Sequence record: OR352938.1
Reading direction: 5' to 3' (one strand)
Origin: Escherichia phage AV108
DNA: 64,000 bases
Below are positions 18,106 to 27,458 of the stretch, one piece after another. Made by a program: the position numbers and the translations under genes. Numbering within the stretch: position 1 is the first letter of the stretch; each line of letters begins with the position of its first letter. A model generated the notes under the pieces. It was not told the origin of the DNA. It did no database searches and worked only from the letters and a program-made list of their open reading frames with translations.

Positions 18106-19929
18106 TTATGATTGCATCCAAATTTTGCGTTGATCTGCATCTTCACTATAGAGCAAATCGAATAGCTCTTTATAGTTTTCCGGTAACGTGATGATCTCCA
18201 TTACAGGATCGTTGATCACGCGATGATAATCGGATTCTGTGAGCGATGCCAACCCTTTGATATATCGAATGTTATAACCTTTGATATTATCTCGGTCGTT
18301 CTCGAAATCTTCTAGGTCATAATACCATCGAACATCATCACCTTTCTTTGGTTCCGCAATGATAATAGGTGTTTTGATAAACCTGATTCGTCCATCTTCG
18401 AACAATTCAGGCCAACGTGCAAAGAAAGAGATCAGACTAGGTTTAATAGACCCGATCCCGTCAGTATCAGCGTCTGTCATAATCGCAATATTTTTGTATT
18501 GCATAACTTCCAATGCATCAACACCAAATTGCAAGCCAGTGATCGCCATGATGTTAAAAATTTCGGCGTTCTTAACGATCTTTGCCTCCGGTTGTTCCCA
18601 CGTTGTAAGAGTTTTGCCTCGCAACGGGAAACCGCCATGTAAATCTTGATCACGTACAGAGATCAGATAGTTGATTGCGGAATCACCTTCTGTCAAAAAC
18701 AGGGTAGTTTCTGCGTCAGTTCCAATAAGGTTAGCTTTAACGTGTTTTGCTACCTTAGCCCGTTTCGCTGCCTTCGCTGCCTTAGTCGCTGCCGCTTTAT
18801 CTGCTGCCTCTTTGCGTGCCAGGACTACAGCAATAATAGGCATAATAATGTTTTCTTTCTTCGCAATGACTTTAGCCAGCTTTTTAAAATCAAGATCAAT
18901 ATGACGCTTGATATCACCAGTTGGATTAGTCAAGCGTTCTTTTGTCTGTGAATCAAAACGGAGGTTAGGCAATTCACGAACAATCAAAATACAGGTCAAT
19001 CCAGACTTAACCGCAGCTTTAGTAACATCAACCTTATATTCTTTCTTGATTCGTTTTACAATCTCTTCACAAAGATCATCTGTCACGTAGTCTACGTGTG
19101 TTCCCCCGTTTTTGGTAAACAGACCATTAGCAAAGGATACTGATTTAAAACCTTCTCCCTCGACCGCCGGAACTAGAGCAAGTGAAAAGTTTTTATCTTC
19201 AATGACAAACGGATCATCATTGTATAGTTTAGCATAATCCTTGAACTTACTAACAATACGTTTACCATTAAACTTAAACGTGATCTTAGGAAAGATTACG
19301 CTCAATGATTGCAGACGATCATGAACAATATCTAAAACAGAGTTGTCCATCATATAACCTTCGAAGTGGTCGAAGTCTGGGCAAAATGTAACCTTTGTTC
19401 CCTTCAATTTTGATGGTTTTGACGACCATGTGATATTTTCAGCGCCGTTTGTGCACTGTACGGTCATTTCTGTTTCGCCGTCACATGTTACACCAGTAAA
19501 CCAATCGCTAAAGAAATTTGACAACGACGACCCCACACCGTTCATCCCTTGCGTTAATCGATTGGTATCATCAAAGTTAGACCCTGCTTTTGTTCGTGTC
19601 CATGCGGCTACAGGTTGCGGAATCTGCGTACCCTCTGGGGTAGTAACCATATGTTGAGGAATACCGCGACCATTGTCTGTTACCGTAACAATATTGTTTT
19701 GGATATCGACGCTAATCACATTGGCAAATTCAAAGTTAGTGCGGATCGCCTCGTCTACAGAGTTGTCGATGATCTCATCAATGATTTTAACCAGTCCAGG
19801 AACATATGAAATTTTTGTCCACTTACCGAACAGGAAACGTTGATGTTCTTCGTAAGTTGTTGATCCTATGTACATTCCTGCACGCTTAAGGACATGTTCA
19901 CGATCAGATAAAATGCGAAACTCACTCAT
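18106..19929 (-). CDS. 39: DNA topoisomerase II large subunit (GyrB-like), single polypeptide
   Basis: 607 aa; ILSDREHVLKRAGMYIGS and GHKL/TOPRIM features; longer than T4 gp39, consistent with the gene 60 portion being fused. Confidence 0.9.
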   Translation of the reverse strand: MSEFRILSDREHVLKRAGMYIGSTTYEEHQRFLFGKWTKISYVPGLVKIIDEIIDNSVDEAIRTNFEFANVISVDIQNNIVTVTDNGRGIPQHMVTTPEGTQIPQPVAAWTRTKAGSNFDDTNRLTQGMNGVGSSLSNFFSDWFTGVTCDGETEMTVQCTNGAENITWSSKPSKLKGTKVTFCPDFDHFEGYMMDNSVLDIVHDRLQSLSVIFPKITFKFNGKRIVSKFKDYAKLYNDDPFVIEDKNFSLALVPAVEGEGFKSVSFANGLFTKNGGTHVDYVTDDLCEEIVKRIKKEYKVDVTKAAVKSGLTCILIVRELPNLRFDSQTKERLTNPTGDIKRHIDLDFKKLAKVIAKKENIIMPIIAVVLARKEAADKAAATKAAKAAKRAKVAKHVKANLIGTDAETTLFLTEGDSAINYLISVRDQDLHGGFPLRGKTLTTWEQPEAKIVKNAEIFNIMAITGLQFGVDALEVMQYKNIAIMTDADTDGIGSIKPSLISFFARWPELFEDGRIRFIKTPIIIAEPKKGDDVRWYYDLEDFENDRDNIKGYNIRYIKGLASLTESDYHRVINDPVMEIITLPENYKELFDLLYSEDADQRKIWMQS

Positions 19930-19991
19930 TATTAAACCTCTTCATAACATAACCATAACTTACTGCAACCGCCACAAAGACGGCTGCAACA

Positions 19992-20019
19992 ATCATATTA
20001 AAAATTGAGTGATTGTCAA
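19992..20019 (-). promoter_or_regulatory. putative early promoter of gene 39
   Basis: TTGACA-N16-TATGAT about 60 nt upstream of the gene 39 start. Confidence 0.4.
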
Positions 20020-20028
20020 GTATATGAC

Positions 20029-20202
20029 TCATGACACGCGCACATTTTTATCATAGTACCCGCCATTAATCCCGCGCGGGGCAGTTAATCCCTGTTTGCA
20101 TTCTTTACCACATTCAGGGCATTCTGCCTTTTCACGTTCGGAAATTTTGCGGATTTTCTGAAATTGACCGTGTTCTTCACAAGAATAATCATATAATGGC
20201 AT
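20029..20202 (-). CDS. small zinc-ribbon protein
   Basis: MPLYDYSCEEHGQF...CPECGK: two CxxC pairs; about 58 aa. Confidence 0.4.
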   Translation of the reverse strand: MPLYDYSCEEHGQFQKIRKISEREKAECPECGKECKQGLTAPRGINGGYYDKNVRVS

Positions 20203-20203
20203 A

Positions 20204-20872
20204 TTATCCCCTTTGTTTCTTAACTGAATTTGGATCTGGATTTTCGGGCAAGTCTTCCAGACCCATAGCATAACGTTGTGCATAGATTAGCATAAGAATA
20301 TCGCGAGCGCAATCATGAATTGCATCATGCGCGATAAACCCGTCTAGCGTACCCATTGGTAACGGGCATTCACACATACCACGATGCATCAATGTACGCT
20401 CAATGGCGGTGCGAACGTCTCGGATGTTCCAGAATCGCACAGGTTCAAGATTGAACGTCTCACGGGTATTGTGTGCACGGCGGATCATATCAACTAGTAA
20501 CGGAATATCAAACGCATTACCGCGTGACCACATTACTGATTTAACCGGATCTACCCCTACGGCTTCACAGAATGCGTTAAAACGCGCTAAACCTTCTTTA
20601 GTTGATACTTCCGTACCATTTGTGATTAATTGCTTTCTCATGCCTTCTGAGGCGGTATTCTTCCACCATTCAACCACACCATGATCAAAGATCCTTACAC
20701 CTTTCTGGGAAGGAATATCAAATTTTACCAGAAAGGAATTGTCAACCAGTTCTTTAAATGTAGGTGGATTGTGCGGATCTTCTTTAAATCCGATTGCCGC
20801 CATATTGATCACCGCCCCATCAGGCGGATAACCTAAACTTTCAAAGTCAATCATTAAATCCACTGGAAGCAT
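20204..20872 (-). CDS. dexA: exonuclease A (DnaQ-like 3'-5' exonuclease)
   Basis: Strong match to T4 DexA (IDFESLG; VEWWKN; LEPVRFWNIRDVRTAIE; CPLPMGTLDGFIAHDAIHDCARDILM). Confidence 0.85.
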   Translation of the reverse strand: MLPVDLMIDFESLGYPPDGAVINMAAIGFKEDPHNPPTFKELVDNSFLVKFDIPSQKGVRIFDHGVVEWWKNTASEGMRKQLITNGTEVSTKEGLARFNAFCEAVGVDPVKSVMWSRGNAFDIPLLVDMIRRAHNTRETFNLEPVRFWNIRDVRTAIERTLMHRGMCECPLPMGTLDGFIAHDAIHDCARDILMLIYAQRYAMGLEDLPENPDPNSVKKQRG

Positions 20873-20873
20873 T

Positions 20874-21125
20874 TTAAATATCCTCCGCGATGTGTCGGAA
20901 CAACTCCAGGTCGTTTTTATCTAACACTAGATTGCATTTGGTTGACCGATAATTGCAAACATTAATCAGTAAACTTTCCATCGCCTGTACCGACTGTACT
21001 TTATGTCGAAAAGACATTACATGTTGTGCATAATCAGCGTGAATTTTATCACGATGGAATGTTACGATGGCATCTAAACATAACAGTTTATCAAGTTCAT
21101 CAATAATCATCATATCAGGAACCAC
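20874..21125 (-). CDS. hypothetical protein
   Basis: 83-aa ORF. Confidence 0.35.
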   Translation of the reverse strand: MVPDMMIIDELDKLLCLDAIVTFHRDKIHADYAQHVMSFRHKVQSVQAMESLLINVCNYRSTKCNLVLDKNDLELFRHIAEDI

Positions 21126-21297
21126 GCTTAGTGAAGTGATCTATCATGGAATTAATACAATCGGCCTCGCTGATTCCAGATATACCCCATCCGTAGTTAC
21201 CCCACCTGAAATGCATGTATACACATTCGCCATGATACGATACTTTCACTTCGTCAAATTCTGGGATACTTCGCATAATCATAATAATATTCCTCAA
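21115..21297 (-). CDS. hypothetical protein
   Basis: 60-aa ORF; possible TTGACT promoter upstream. Confidence 0.3.
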   Translation of the reverse strand: MRNIIMIMRSIPEFDEVKVSYHGECVYMHFRWGNYGWGISGISEADCINSMIDHFTKRGS

Positions 21298-21373
21298 ATA
21301 TAGTCTACACGATACCGTGCACGGGTAACACCCACATATAATAACTGCATTGCCAATTCAAAGTCAACATTAT

Positions 21374-22675
21374 CTAAGGGGTATACAGGAACACGCGGTC
21401 TACGCTGATTCCTTGTGACTTATGAATAGTGCAAGCTGGTAATGCTTTTACATTCAAGAACATACGCTTCATCGTCCAGAAAGAATCCCAATCCGGTTTA
21501 AAATTCGGATTCTCTTTCTTCATTTCGCGATATTGTCCGGCGACCGTATTCAGATAGATAGAGAAAATGTTCTTCTGACGTTGTTCTGTCAGAATGTTGA
21601 TTTCTACTAAATCTGGTTTATCTGTAGTGATTCCGACTGCATCTAAACCGACTTTCTGATTTAGGATTTCTTTGTCTTCGTCATCATCGACGCTTTCCAC
21701 TTTCAGAGTATAGCCTAAAACTGGTTGCGGATCTACCCCCGTGCAACGTAATGTAAATTCGCGCGGTATAACCTCTTTAACTCGGATCATCTCACCATTG
21801 TTAAAAATAACATTGGGGATCTTCTTCCCGCGTTCATCTCGCAGATATTCGATCAATGGTTCCTGAGTAACCAGAATTTCATCTACAATCACTGGTTCAT
21901 CGGTGTTATAAACGCGCTTACGTACAATTTCATTGAGTTTTTCGACGCTCTTGTTAGTGTAGGCCAGAATACGGTTTTCTAGAAGGTCTTCCGGCGTTTT
22001 AACGGTTTCGAAATAATGCTTCATAAACTCCGGCAGAGTTGAGCTATGGAATACACCCTCGTTACCGCACTGCTTTTCGAATACCCATTTACCATTACGG
22101 ACAGCGGTCGCCACATCAATTATTGGCGCATTAGATCGTTTAATCTCTGTAAGTTCTACATTCTGAAACCTTTCATCGGTGAAGAAAGGAGAGATCGACG
22201 TTGCGCCGCTCGGATCAACTGGTCGTAACTGGTACAGATCACCCACGGCAATAATAACAATTCGACCGTTGATACTCTTCATGAGAATATCAAATAGTTT
22301 CTTATCGACCATACTCGCTTCATCAACAATGATGATCTGAACATCATCTAGCTTAGGAGTATCTTTTTGCTCAAATACTTGAGTATCTTCATAGTTGGTC
22401 GGGTTTAGTCGCAGTAGTGCATGTAAAGTAAATGCTTGACGACCTACCGCTTTACTCAAAACTTTTTTAGCCTGGTGGGTAGGCGTTGCCAAAACCACAC
22501 CAGTTACACCACGGCGGACCATTTCCTGAACAATGAATTTCATCATTGCGGTTTTACCAGTACCCGCCGCACCACGGACAGTTGTATGCTTCTTTTGTTC
22601 AATGCGTTTCATTAGAACATCAAAAGCATGTTTTTGCCCGTCTGTTAACATATCGAAAGTTAATACTCTGCTCAT
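21374..22675 (-). CDS. dda: Dda DNA helicase (SF1)
   Basis: 433 aa; Walker A GAAGTGKT, Walker B IIVDEASM; T4 Dda size and position. Confidence 0.85.
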   Translation of the reverse strand: MSRVLTFDMLTDGQKHAFDVLMKRIEQKKHTTVRGAAGTGKTAMMKFIVQEMVRRGVTGVVLATPTHQAKKVLSKAVGRQAFTLHALLRLNPTNYEDTQVFEQKDTPKLDDVQIIIVDEASMVDKKLFDILMKSINGRIVIIAVGDLYQLRPVDPSGATSISPFFTDERFQNVELTEIKRSNAPIIDVATAVRNGKWVFEKQCGNEGVFHSSTLPEFMKHYFETVKTPEDLLENRILAYTNKSVEKLNEIVRKRVYNTDEPVIVDEILVTQEPLIEYLRDERGKKIPNVIFNNGEMIRVKEVIPREFTLRCTGVDPQPVLGYTLKVESVDDDEDKEILNQKVGLDAVGITTDKPDLVEINILTEQRQKNIFSIYLNTVAGQYREMKKENPNFKPDWDSFWTMKRMFLNVKALPACTIHKSQGISVDRVFLYTP

Positions 22676-22989
22676 TATCCTAAAATCCTCACCTTGCGAA
22701 CACAGATAGTATTGAGTTCTCGCCGTACCCGTTCTTTTTCATATTCAGGAATTTTATATTCGATACCATCCCGAACAATTTCAGAAGACCGGATTATGCC
22801 AAATTTTCGTTTAGGTACAACCTTGTATTTCGGTTCACCCGCCAATAGACTCTCACAATAATCTATCTGATCACACATTGACGCTAACGCAGCATCATGT
22901 GTTTCGCAAGTTAGGACGCGACCTTTCGCGTCCACTGAGTATTGAAAGAATCCGTCTTTATCACGATAACATACAGCAAATACATGCAT
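22675..22989 (-). CDS. hypothetical protein (dda.1 position)
   Basis: 104-aa ORF translationally coupled to dda. Confidence 0.4.
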   Translation of the reverse strand: MHVFAVCYRDKDGFFQYSVDAKGRVLTCETHDAALASMCDQIDYCESLLAGEPKYKVVPKRKFGIIRSSEIVRDGIEYKIPEYEKERVRRELNTICVRKVRILG

Positions 22990-23744
22990 TATAAACCTAC
23001 CTTCGCTTTCATCAATTCAATCCACGACGCATCAATCGGAAGCCCGTATTTCACGCGTTCTTTTTGTGCTGGCGTTAAGTTCTCATACTTAGAAAGAGAT
23101 TCAATCAAAACGCTGGTATATTTTAGCACGATTTCGGTATTGTTTGCAATAGCCTTAAGTTTTTCTTCTTTCTTGTTGATTTCGCTAAGGGCTTGCTTGA
23201 GATCTGCAATTTTCTGATAACGTTCTTCCATACGGAAGAGAGTATTTTTAATCGCTCGCTCGGCTGCCTCTGCTTTCTCCGGTTCGTTGTGTTTTTTATG
23301 GCGCTCGATTGCTAATTTCTTTTCTTCGATTGCCATTTCCTGATTTTTGATGCGATTCTCGTTAAGTTCGATCCACTCGATGTACTTCGCACGTAGGGCA
23401 ATTTCATCATCAGAAAGTTTACCTTTAGTTCCCAGTTCCTGGATCTCTTTAAGAGATTCGATAGTGTGATTGCCACGGAAAGAATTATATTTCAGTTTAA
23501 CCGGAATTACATTGCCATCAACATATCCCAGATTGCAATCAATGCGCTCTAAGGAGAGTCCGTCATCACCTTCACCAAACGCTTCACCTGAATATGCGCA
23601 ATGAGTCTGACGGTAAATGTTACGCACAGTGACTAAGCTCATAGAGAAGTCTTTGTTGCGACGTGAAGCGCCAGCCATGATAGAGTTCAGACGGAAAACA
23701 ACCAGCGCCAATTCTTCGTTAGATTTAAAAGCAAACAGTTTCAT
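22989..23744 (-). CDS. Srd-like protein
   Basis: 251 aa, coiled-coil-rich C-terminal half; size and position match T4 srd; by synteny only. Confidence 0.45.
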   Translation of the reverse strand: MKLFAFKSNEELALVVFRLNSIMAGASRRNKDFSMSLVTVRNIYRQTHCAYSGEAFGEGDDGLSLERIDCNLGYVDGNVIPVKLKYNSFRGNHTIESLKEIQELGTKGKLSDDEIALRAKYIEWIELNENRIKNQEMAIEEKKLAIERHKKHNEPEKAEAAERAIKNTLFRMEERYQKIADLKQALSEINKKEEKLKAIANNTEIVLKYTSVLIESLSKYENLTPAQKERVKYGLPIDASWIELMKAKVGL

Positions 23745-23773
23745 AATTGATTCTCCTTAGTTGGTATGTGTGT

Positions 23774-23802
23774 ATTATTGTCTATCTGGTTTGTGCTGTC
23801 AA
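23774..23802 (-). promoter_or_regulatory. sigma70-type early promoter
   Basis: TTGACA-N17-AATAAT upstream of the srd-like gene. Confidence 0.45.
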
Positions 23803-23805
23803 CAC

Positions 23806-24309
23806 TTAAATTAAAGAAAATTTGTAAATCTCTATCAGATCGCCGTTACACGCGTAAACTTCCTCGATCTCATCAAGGATCATGGTCGTCCCTGTCTTGT
23901 ATATGCACTCGCGCTCATCTGCCAACATAGCATACAAAGACAGTCGAGTAGTCGGATTGTCATACTCTTTAGACACCACTCGGTCAATAGCATGTTCGTA
24001 ATAATTCATGCAAGGCTTGGTAGGTTTTATTGCAATAATCTTTCCTGTTGCATAAACATCGGTTGCAAAGTCCTCTGCTGTTGATTGCAGTGGCGTAAAG
24101 CTCATAGGACGCTCTACAACGAAAGAATCACCTACAATTAAGGTATCCAGCTTACGACCTTCTCTTTTGCTCACACCGCGATACAAGGCTTCATGATGCA
24201 CTAACCGTTCAGTCTTTTCGATCAATCCATTAAGGATCGACATATCGATATTTTCTTTAGAGTTCATCACTTCATCAATGATGTTAAGTTCTTCTGGTGT
24301 AAATTGCAT
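23806..24309 (-). CDS. putative ADP-ribosyltransferase (ModA/ModB-like)
   Basis: Ordered R-S-E signature: LYRG, then QSTAEDF, then DERECIY; position matches T4 mod genes. Confidence 0.45.
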   Translation of the reverse strand: MQFTPEELNIIDEVMNSKENIDMSILNGLIEKTERLVHHEALYRGVSKREGRKLDTLIVGDSFVVERPMSFTPLQSTAEDFATDVYATGKIIAIKPTKPCMNYYEHAIDRVVSKEYDNPTTRLSLYAMLADERECIYKTGTTMILDEIEEVYACNGDLIEIYKFSLI

Positions 24310-24310
24310 A

Positions 24311-24342
24311 ATAAAAAAGCCTCCAATCTTTCGACAGGAGGC
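24311..24342 (-). terminator. intrinsic terminator
   Basis: gcctcc-N12-ggaggc hairpin with T-run on the leftward strand. Confidence 0.5.
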
Positions 24343-24372
24343 ATAATAAAACCATTATAGAGTAGTGTCAAC
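24343..24372 (-). promoter_or_regulatory. sigma70-type early promoter
   Basis: TTGACA-N18-TATTAT immediately after the terminator. Confidence 0.45.
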
Positions 24373-24378
24373 TAATTT

Positions 24379-24897
24379 TTAGTAGCCGCGTTCTTGACGG
24401 GCGAAGTTTTCAGCATTTTTCAGATAGTACAGCTTGAAGATATCCTTAGCGGTTAAACCTAAGCCCAGCATTTTAATCAGCACAAAATGCCAGATATCGA
24501 TCAATTCCATCACAATTTCGGTTTTATCGTCATCTGACAGATCAGCAAATTTACGCGCTCGTGCTTCGCCGTGGTTCTTCTTCCACACTTTAGTAATTGC
24601 GCTTGCATCTTTGCCATTTGACATGCCACCCAGGGCAACATAAAGTTCTCGTGTCTCGTCGTCGATTGCGTCATCCCACAACTTCATCCAGTCAAGGATC
24701 TCCCCGCAAGTTTCCAGCTTATCAGGATGCATTACCCACTCAAATTTATCAGCTAGTGCGACCTGTAATCCTTTTTGCATATCTAACATTACTTGCAGCG
24801 GATCTTTACCGCTAGTGATTGCCTCGGAATACGCAATACCAGCTTTAGACATAGTTTCATCATTAACAAGACCAGCACAAGAATTAAATTCACTCAT
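24379..24897 (-). CDS. putative dCTPase/dUTPase-like all-alpha NTP pyrophosphatase (gp56-like)
   Basis: Start taken at MSEFNSCAGL; helix-rich, DPLQVMLDMQ, ELIDIWHFVL motifs resemble MazG/gp56-type enzymes; by eye only. Confidence 0.45.
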   Translation of the reverse strand: MSEFNSCAGLVNDETMSKAGIAYSEAITSGKDPLQVMLDMQKGLQVALADKFEWVMHPDKLETCGEILDWMKLWDDAIDDETRELYVALGGMSNGKDASAITKVWKKNHGEARARKFADLSDDDKTEIVMELIDIWHFVLIKMLGLGLTAKDIFKLYYLKNAENFARQERGY

Positions 24898-24907
24898 AAT
24901 AAACCTC

Positions 24908-25471
24908 TCAAATAACATTAAACACTGCAAATTCACCGTGATACTTATACGCATAGTCATTATATACTATTGCGGCGTCTATTTCTAGGTCAAATTGTCC
25001 TATATAGACTTTATTTCCTTCATTGTCCCTTATCTGGGCGACCCATTTACCCGAACGACTATTATAATGCACTCCTTTAAAATTGCTAGTTTTAGTTTGG
25101 TTGTTTCTTCTCATATTTTGGGTATTCTGTTTTTGTGTCGCCTCTCTTAAGTTTGGAGGATCGTTGTTCTCTGGATTCCCGTCAATATGGTCAATGACAG
25201 GTGGGCAATACCCATGCTCTAAGAAGAATACTATTCTATGCACAAGCTCAAAATATTGTTTTCCTTCAAAAGAAAATGAGACTTTTAGGTGTCCGGCTGT
25301 GACTTTAGATACCTTTACTATATCACCAACCTTATAAAACTGGCCTTCTTTCGTCGTTCGGCTTGCTTTGCTGTTTGTTTTATGAATCAATATACCCCTT
25401 TCGTGTCTATATCTTCGACGTATTTCATCCTTTAATTCATCGCTCCATTCTTTGGCTTTCCTTACCCTCAC
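24908..25471 (-). CDS. free-standing HNH homing endonuclease with AP2 DNA-binding domain
   Basis: HNH motif HRIVFFLEHGYCPPVIDHIDGNPENNDPPNLREATQKQN; AP2-like FKGVHYNSRSGKWVAQI...YIGQFD...EIDAA. Confidence 0.75.
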   Translation of the reverse strand: MRVRKAKEWSDELKDEIRRRYRHERGILIHKTNSKASRTTKEGQFYKVGDIVKVSKVTAGHLKVSFSFEGKQYFELVHRIVFFLEHGYCPPVIDHIDGNPENNDPPNLREATQKQNTQNMRRNNQTKTSNFKGVHYNSRSGKWVAQIRDNEGNKVYIGQFDLEIDAAIVYNDYAYKYHGEFAVFNVI

Positions 25472-25488
25472 AATACAACCCTCATTAA

Positions 25489-26517
25489 TTAAAATTTACA
25501 ATATTTCATAAACCGCATTTTAGCCATCAGACCTTGTACGGTGTTCTCTTTGATATATTCCATGATCTGGTCGCGTGTAGCGCCCTCGTCCTGAATCATG
25601 GCGTTAACGTCTTTAGAATGCCACGGGCAACGATCCCACAATACAATCTTTTCCCCTGCATTGATAAACTTTTCCAGTCGGTGCATTGTATCGGCAGACC
25701 GTGGTTCCGCATCAAGTACAAACACTCGCTGGTCTGGGAAAGGGATTTCATCTAATCCCAAAGTACCGCCAGTAATTGCACACCCGTTATCAATAAACAA
25801 TGAATCGATCGGACCTTCTAAGAAATACACTGGTTTACTCGGATCGGCGCGTTCAAGACCATAGACCTTACTCGCTAACTCGTGAGTTTTAATCGTCATA
25901 TATTTGGTCTTTCCGTAATCCTTTCTCAATGCTCGCCCCTGAATGGATTCTATCTTGTTCTCGCGGTTAAAGATAGGAATCACTAAACGCGGTTCAGGTT
26001 GTGGATTCTTGAAAGTATCCGCCTTAATGTGATTTGCTACCTTTTGCCATTCTCTCGTGAAATACAGAAGATCCCATTTATCGTGAGGAATACAGCGATC
26101 ACTGACATACTTTATTATAGGATGATTAGCCGGAAGAGTATCTAATCTCTCGCAGAAAGGCAATGTTTGCACTTTCTTAATCTCCGGCTTTTCTACCTTT
26201 TTCAGTGGCTTGAACGTGGTGTTCTTGTGGTCGCCTTGTTCCTTCCGTCGTTCCATAAGCCATTCCCTGAATAGGTCCGGCTTATACTGTTTGAGAAATT
26301 CACCTAACGGCTGATTGTAGTTACAGTTGAAACAGCCGCAACGCAAACTATCCTTATAGGTATAGATACGGAATCGCGCCATTGTGCTATTCTTTTTGGA
26401 ATCTCCGCAGATCGGACAACTTGCTACTAACGTAAATGAGTTAGTATGTAACCGCTTGAAATTTCGTTCGCCGTATATGGCTTTTTCCGCTATTTCATAA
26501 TCTGCGTAGTAAATCAT
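25489..26517 (-). CDS. 61: DNA primase
   Basis: 342 aa as T4 gp61; N-terminal zinc ribbon CPICGD...CGCFNC; TOPRIM-like EGPIDSLF and VLDAEP. Confidence 0.9.
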   Translation of the reverse strand: MIYYADYEIAEKAIYGERNFKRLHTNSFTLVASCPICGDSKKNSTMARFRIYTYKDSLRCGCFNCNYNQPLGEFLKQYKPDLFREWLMERRKEQGDHKNTTFKPLKKVEKPEIKKVQTLPFCERLDTLPANHPIIKYVSDRCIPHDKWDLLYFTREWQKVANHIKADTFKNPQPEPRLVIPIFNRENKIESIQGRALRKDYGKTKYMTIKTHELASKVYGLERADPSKPVYFLEGPIDSLFIDNGCAITGGTLGLDEIPFPDQRVFVLDAEPRSADTMHRLEKFINAGEKIVLWDRCPWHSKDVNAMIQDEGATRDQIMEYIKENTVQGLMAKMRFMKYCKF

Positions 26518-26526
26518 AATAACCTC

Positions 26527-26730
26527 TTATAGCTCAAATTTCATGAAAGTTCCTACACTTTCATTTTCATTCTCTCCGTTTTCATCTAAGCCAAATTTGT
26601 AGACACTACCATCTGGCGATGTGTAAGAGAATACACGAAAACGGCCTACCGGATCAAGTTCCATGAACTCATATTCTTTTCCGGCTTCAAAAAGTGCATA
26701 TGTGCTTTTAAGACATTTCATCGTAATCAT
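26527..26730 (-). CDS. hypothetical protein
   Basis: 67-aa ORF. Confidence 0.4.
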   Translation of the reverse strand: MITMKCLKSTYALFEAGKEYEFMELDPVGRFRVFSYTSPDGSVYKFGLDENGENENESVGTFMKFEL

Positions 26731-26891
26731 TTAAGTGCCACCGACAACAGAATGAGAACTACACCAACATACATTGTGATCTCGGATAACTTTTCTGTTT
26801 TTGTTTTGTGTCCAGATAATCCGAAAACAACAACACCGATAATAGCGGACAGCAAGCCAACGATAAACATGATGATACTAAGCACCGTCTT
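26727..26891 (-). CDS. possible small two-TM membrane peptide (not in ORF track)
   Basis: GTG-initiated ORF of about 52 aa (LSIIMFIVGLLSAIIGVVVFGL...) overlapping neighbours by 4 nt. Confidence 0.25.
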   Translation of the reverse strand, partial: KTVLSIIMFIVGLLSAIIGVVVFGLSGHKTKTEKLSEITMYVGVVLILLSVALK

Positions 26892-27054
26892 TCTCCTTTT
26901 TGCGTTTTTCTTTACCCGCTACACTAGGTCCACGATTGGTAATAGATCCGTTCGTTTCACCTGCTGCGATTTTCTCAGGATTGCCGCCAGCATCGCCAGC
27001 GGTCATATCTTCTTTGAGTTTATTTTCTTCAACAAACTGTTTAAATCCAATCAT
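26887..27054 (-). CDS. possible small protein (not in ORF track)
   Basis: ATG overlapping the upstream stop (ATGA); about 55 aa MIGFKQFVEENKLK... Confidence 0.25.
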
Positions 27055-27428
27055 AGAATAATCTCTTTCAGTAAGTCAACAATCTGGTCTTTCGTCAGTT
27101 TATCCTGATTCTCTACAATCTTGATAACACAAGCATTAACATCTTTTCGAGTCACGCGGGAGATCGTTTTAATACGATGAAACGGTTCGTAGAAATATAC
27201 TGCTTCATTATAGAGAGCGGATACTTTACGACGCATTTGATCTTTATCTGACAAGAAAACAAGTGCTGTTTTATGACCTTCTACACCCGCCACGTTATAT
27301 AGTTCAGCAACACCCCAGCGACCTTCCGGTTCAATCATTCCGGCGTGTTTACCGTCGATAAAAATAAGAATATCTCCGTTGAATGCGGTTTTGAATGCTA
27401 CATCTTCCGGCGTAATCATATTTTTCAT
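27051..27428 (-). CDS. hypothetical protein
   Basis: 125-aa ORF. Confidence 0.45.
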   Translation of the reverse strand: MKNMITPEDVAFKTAFNGDILIFIDGKHAGMIEPEGRWGVAELYNVAGVEGHKTALVFLSDKDQMRRKVSALYNEAVYFYEPFHRIKTISRVTRKDVNACVIKIVENQDKLTKDQIVDLLKEIIL

Positions 27429-27458
27429 AATATAGTCTCCTTAGAGTTTCATTATAGA

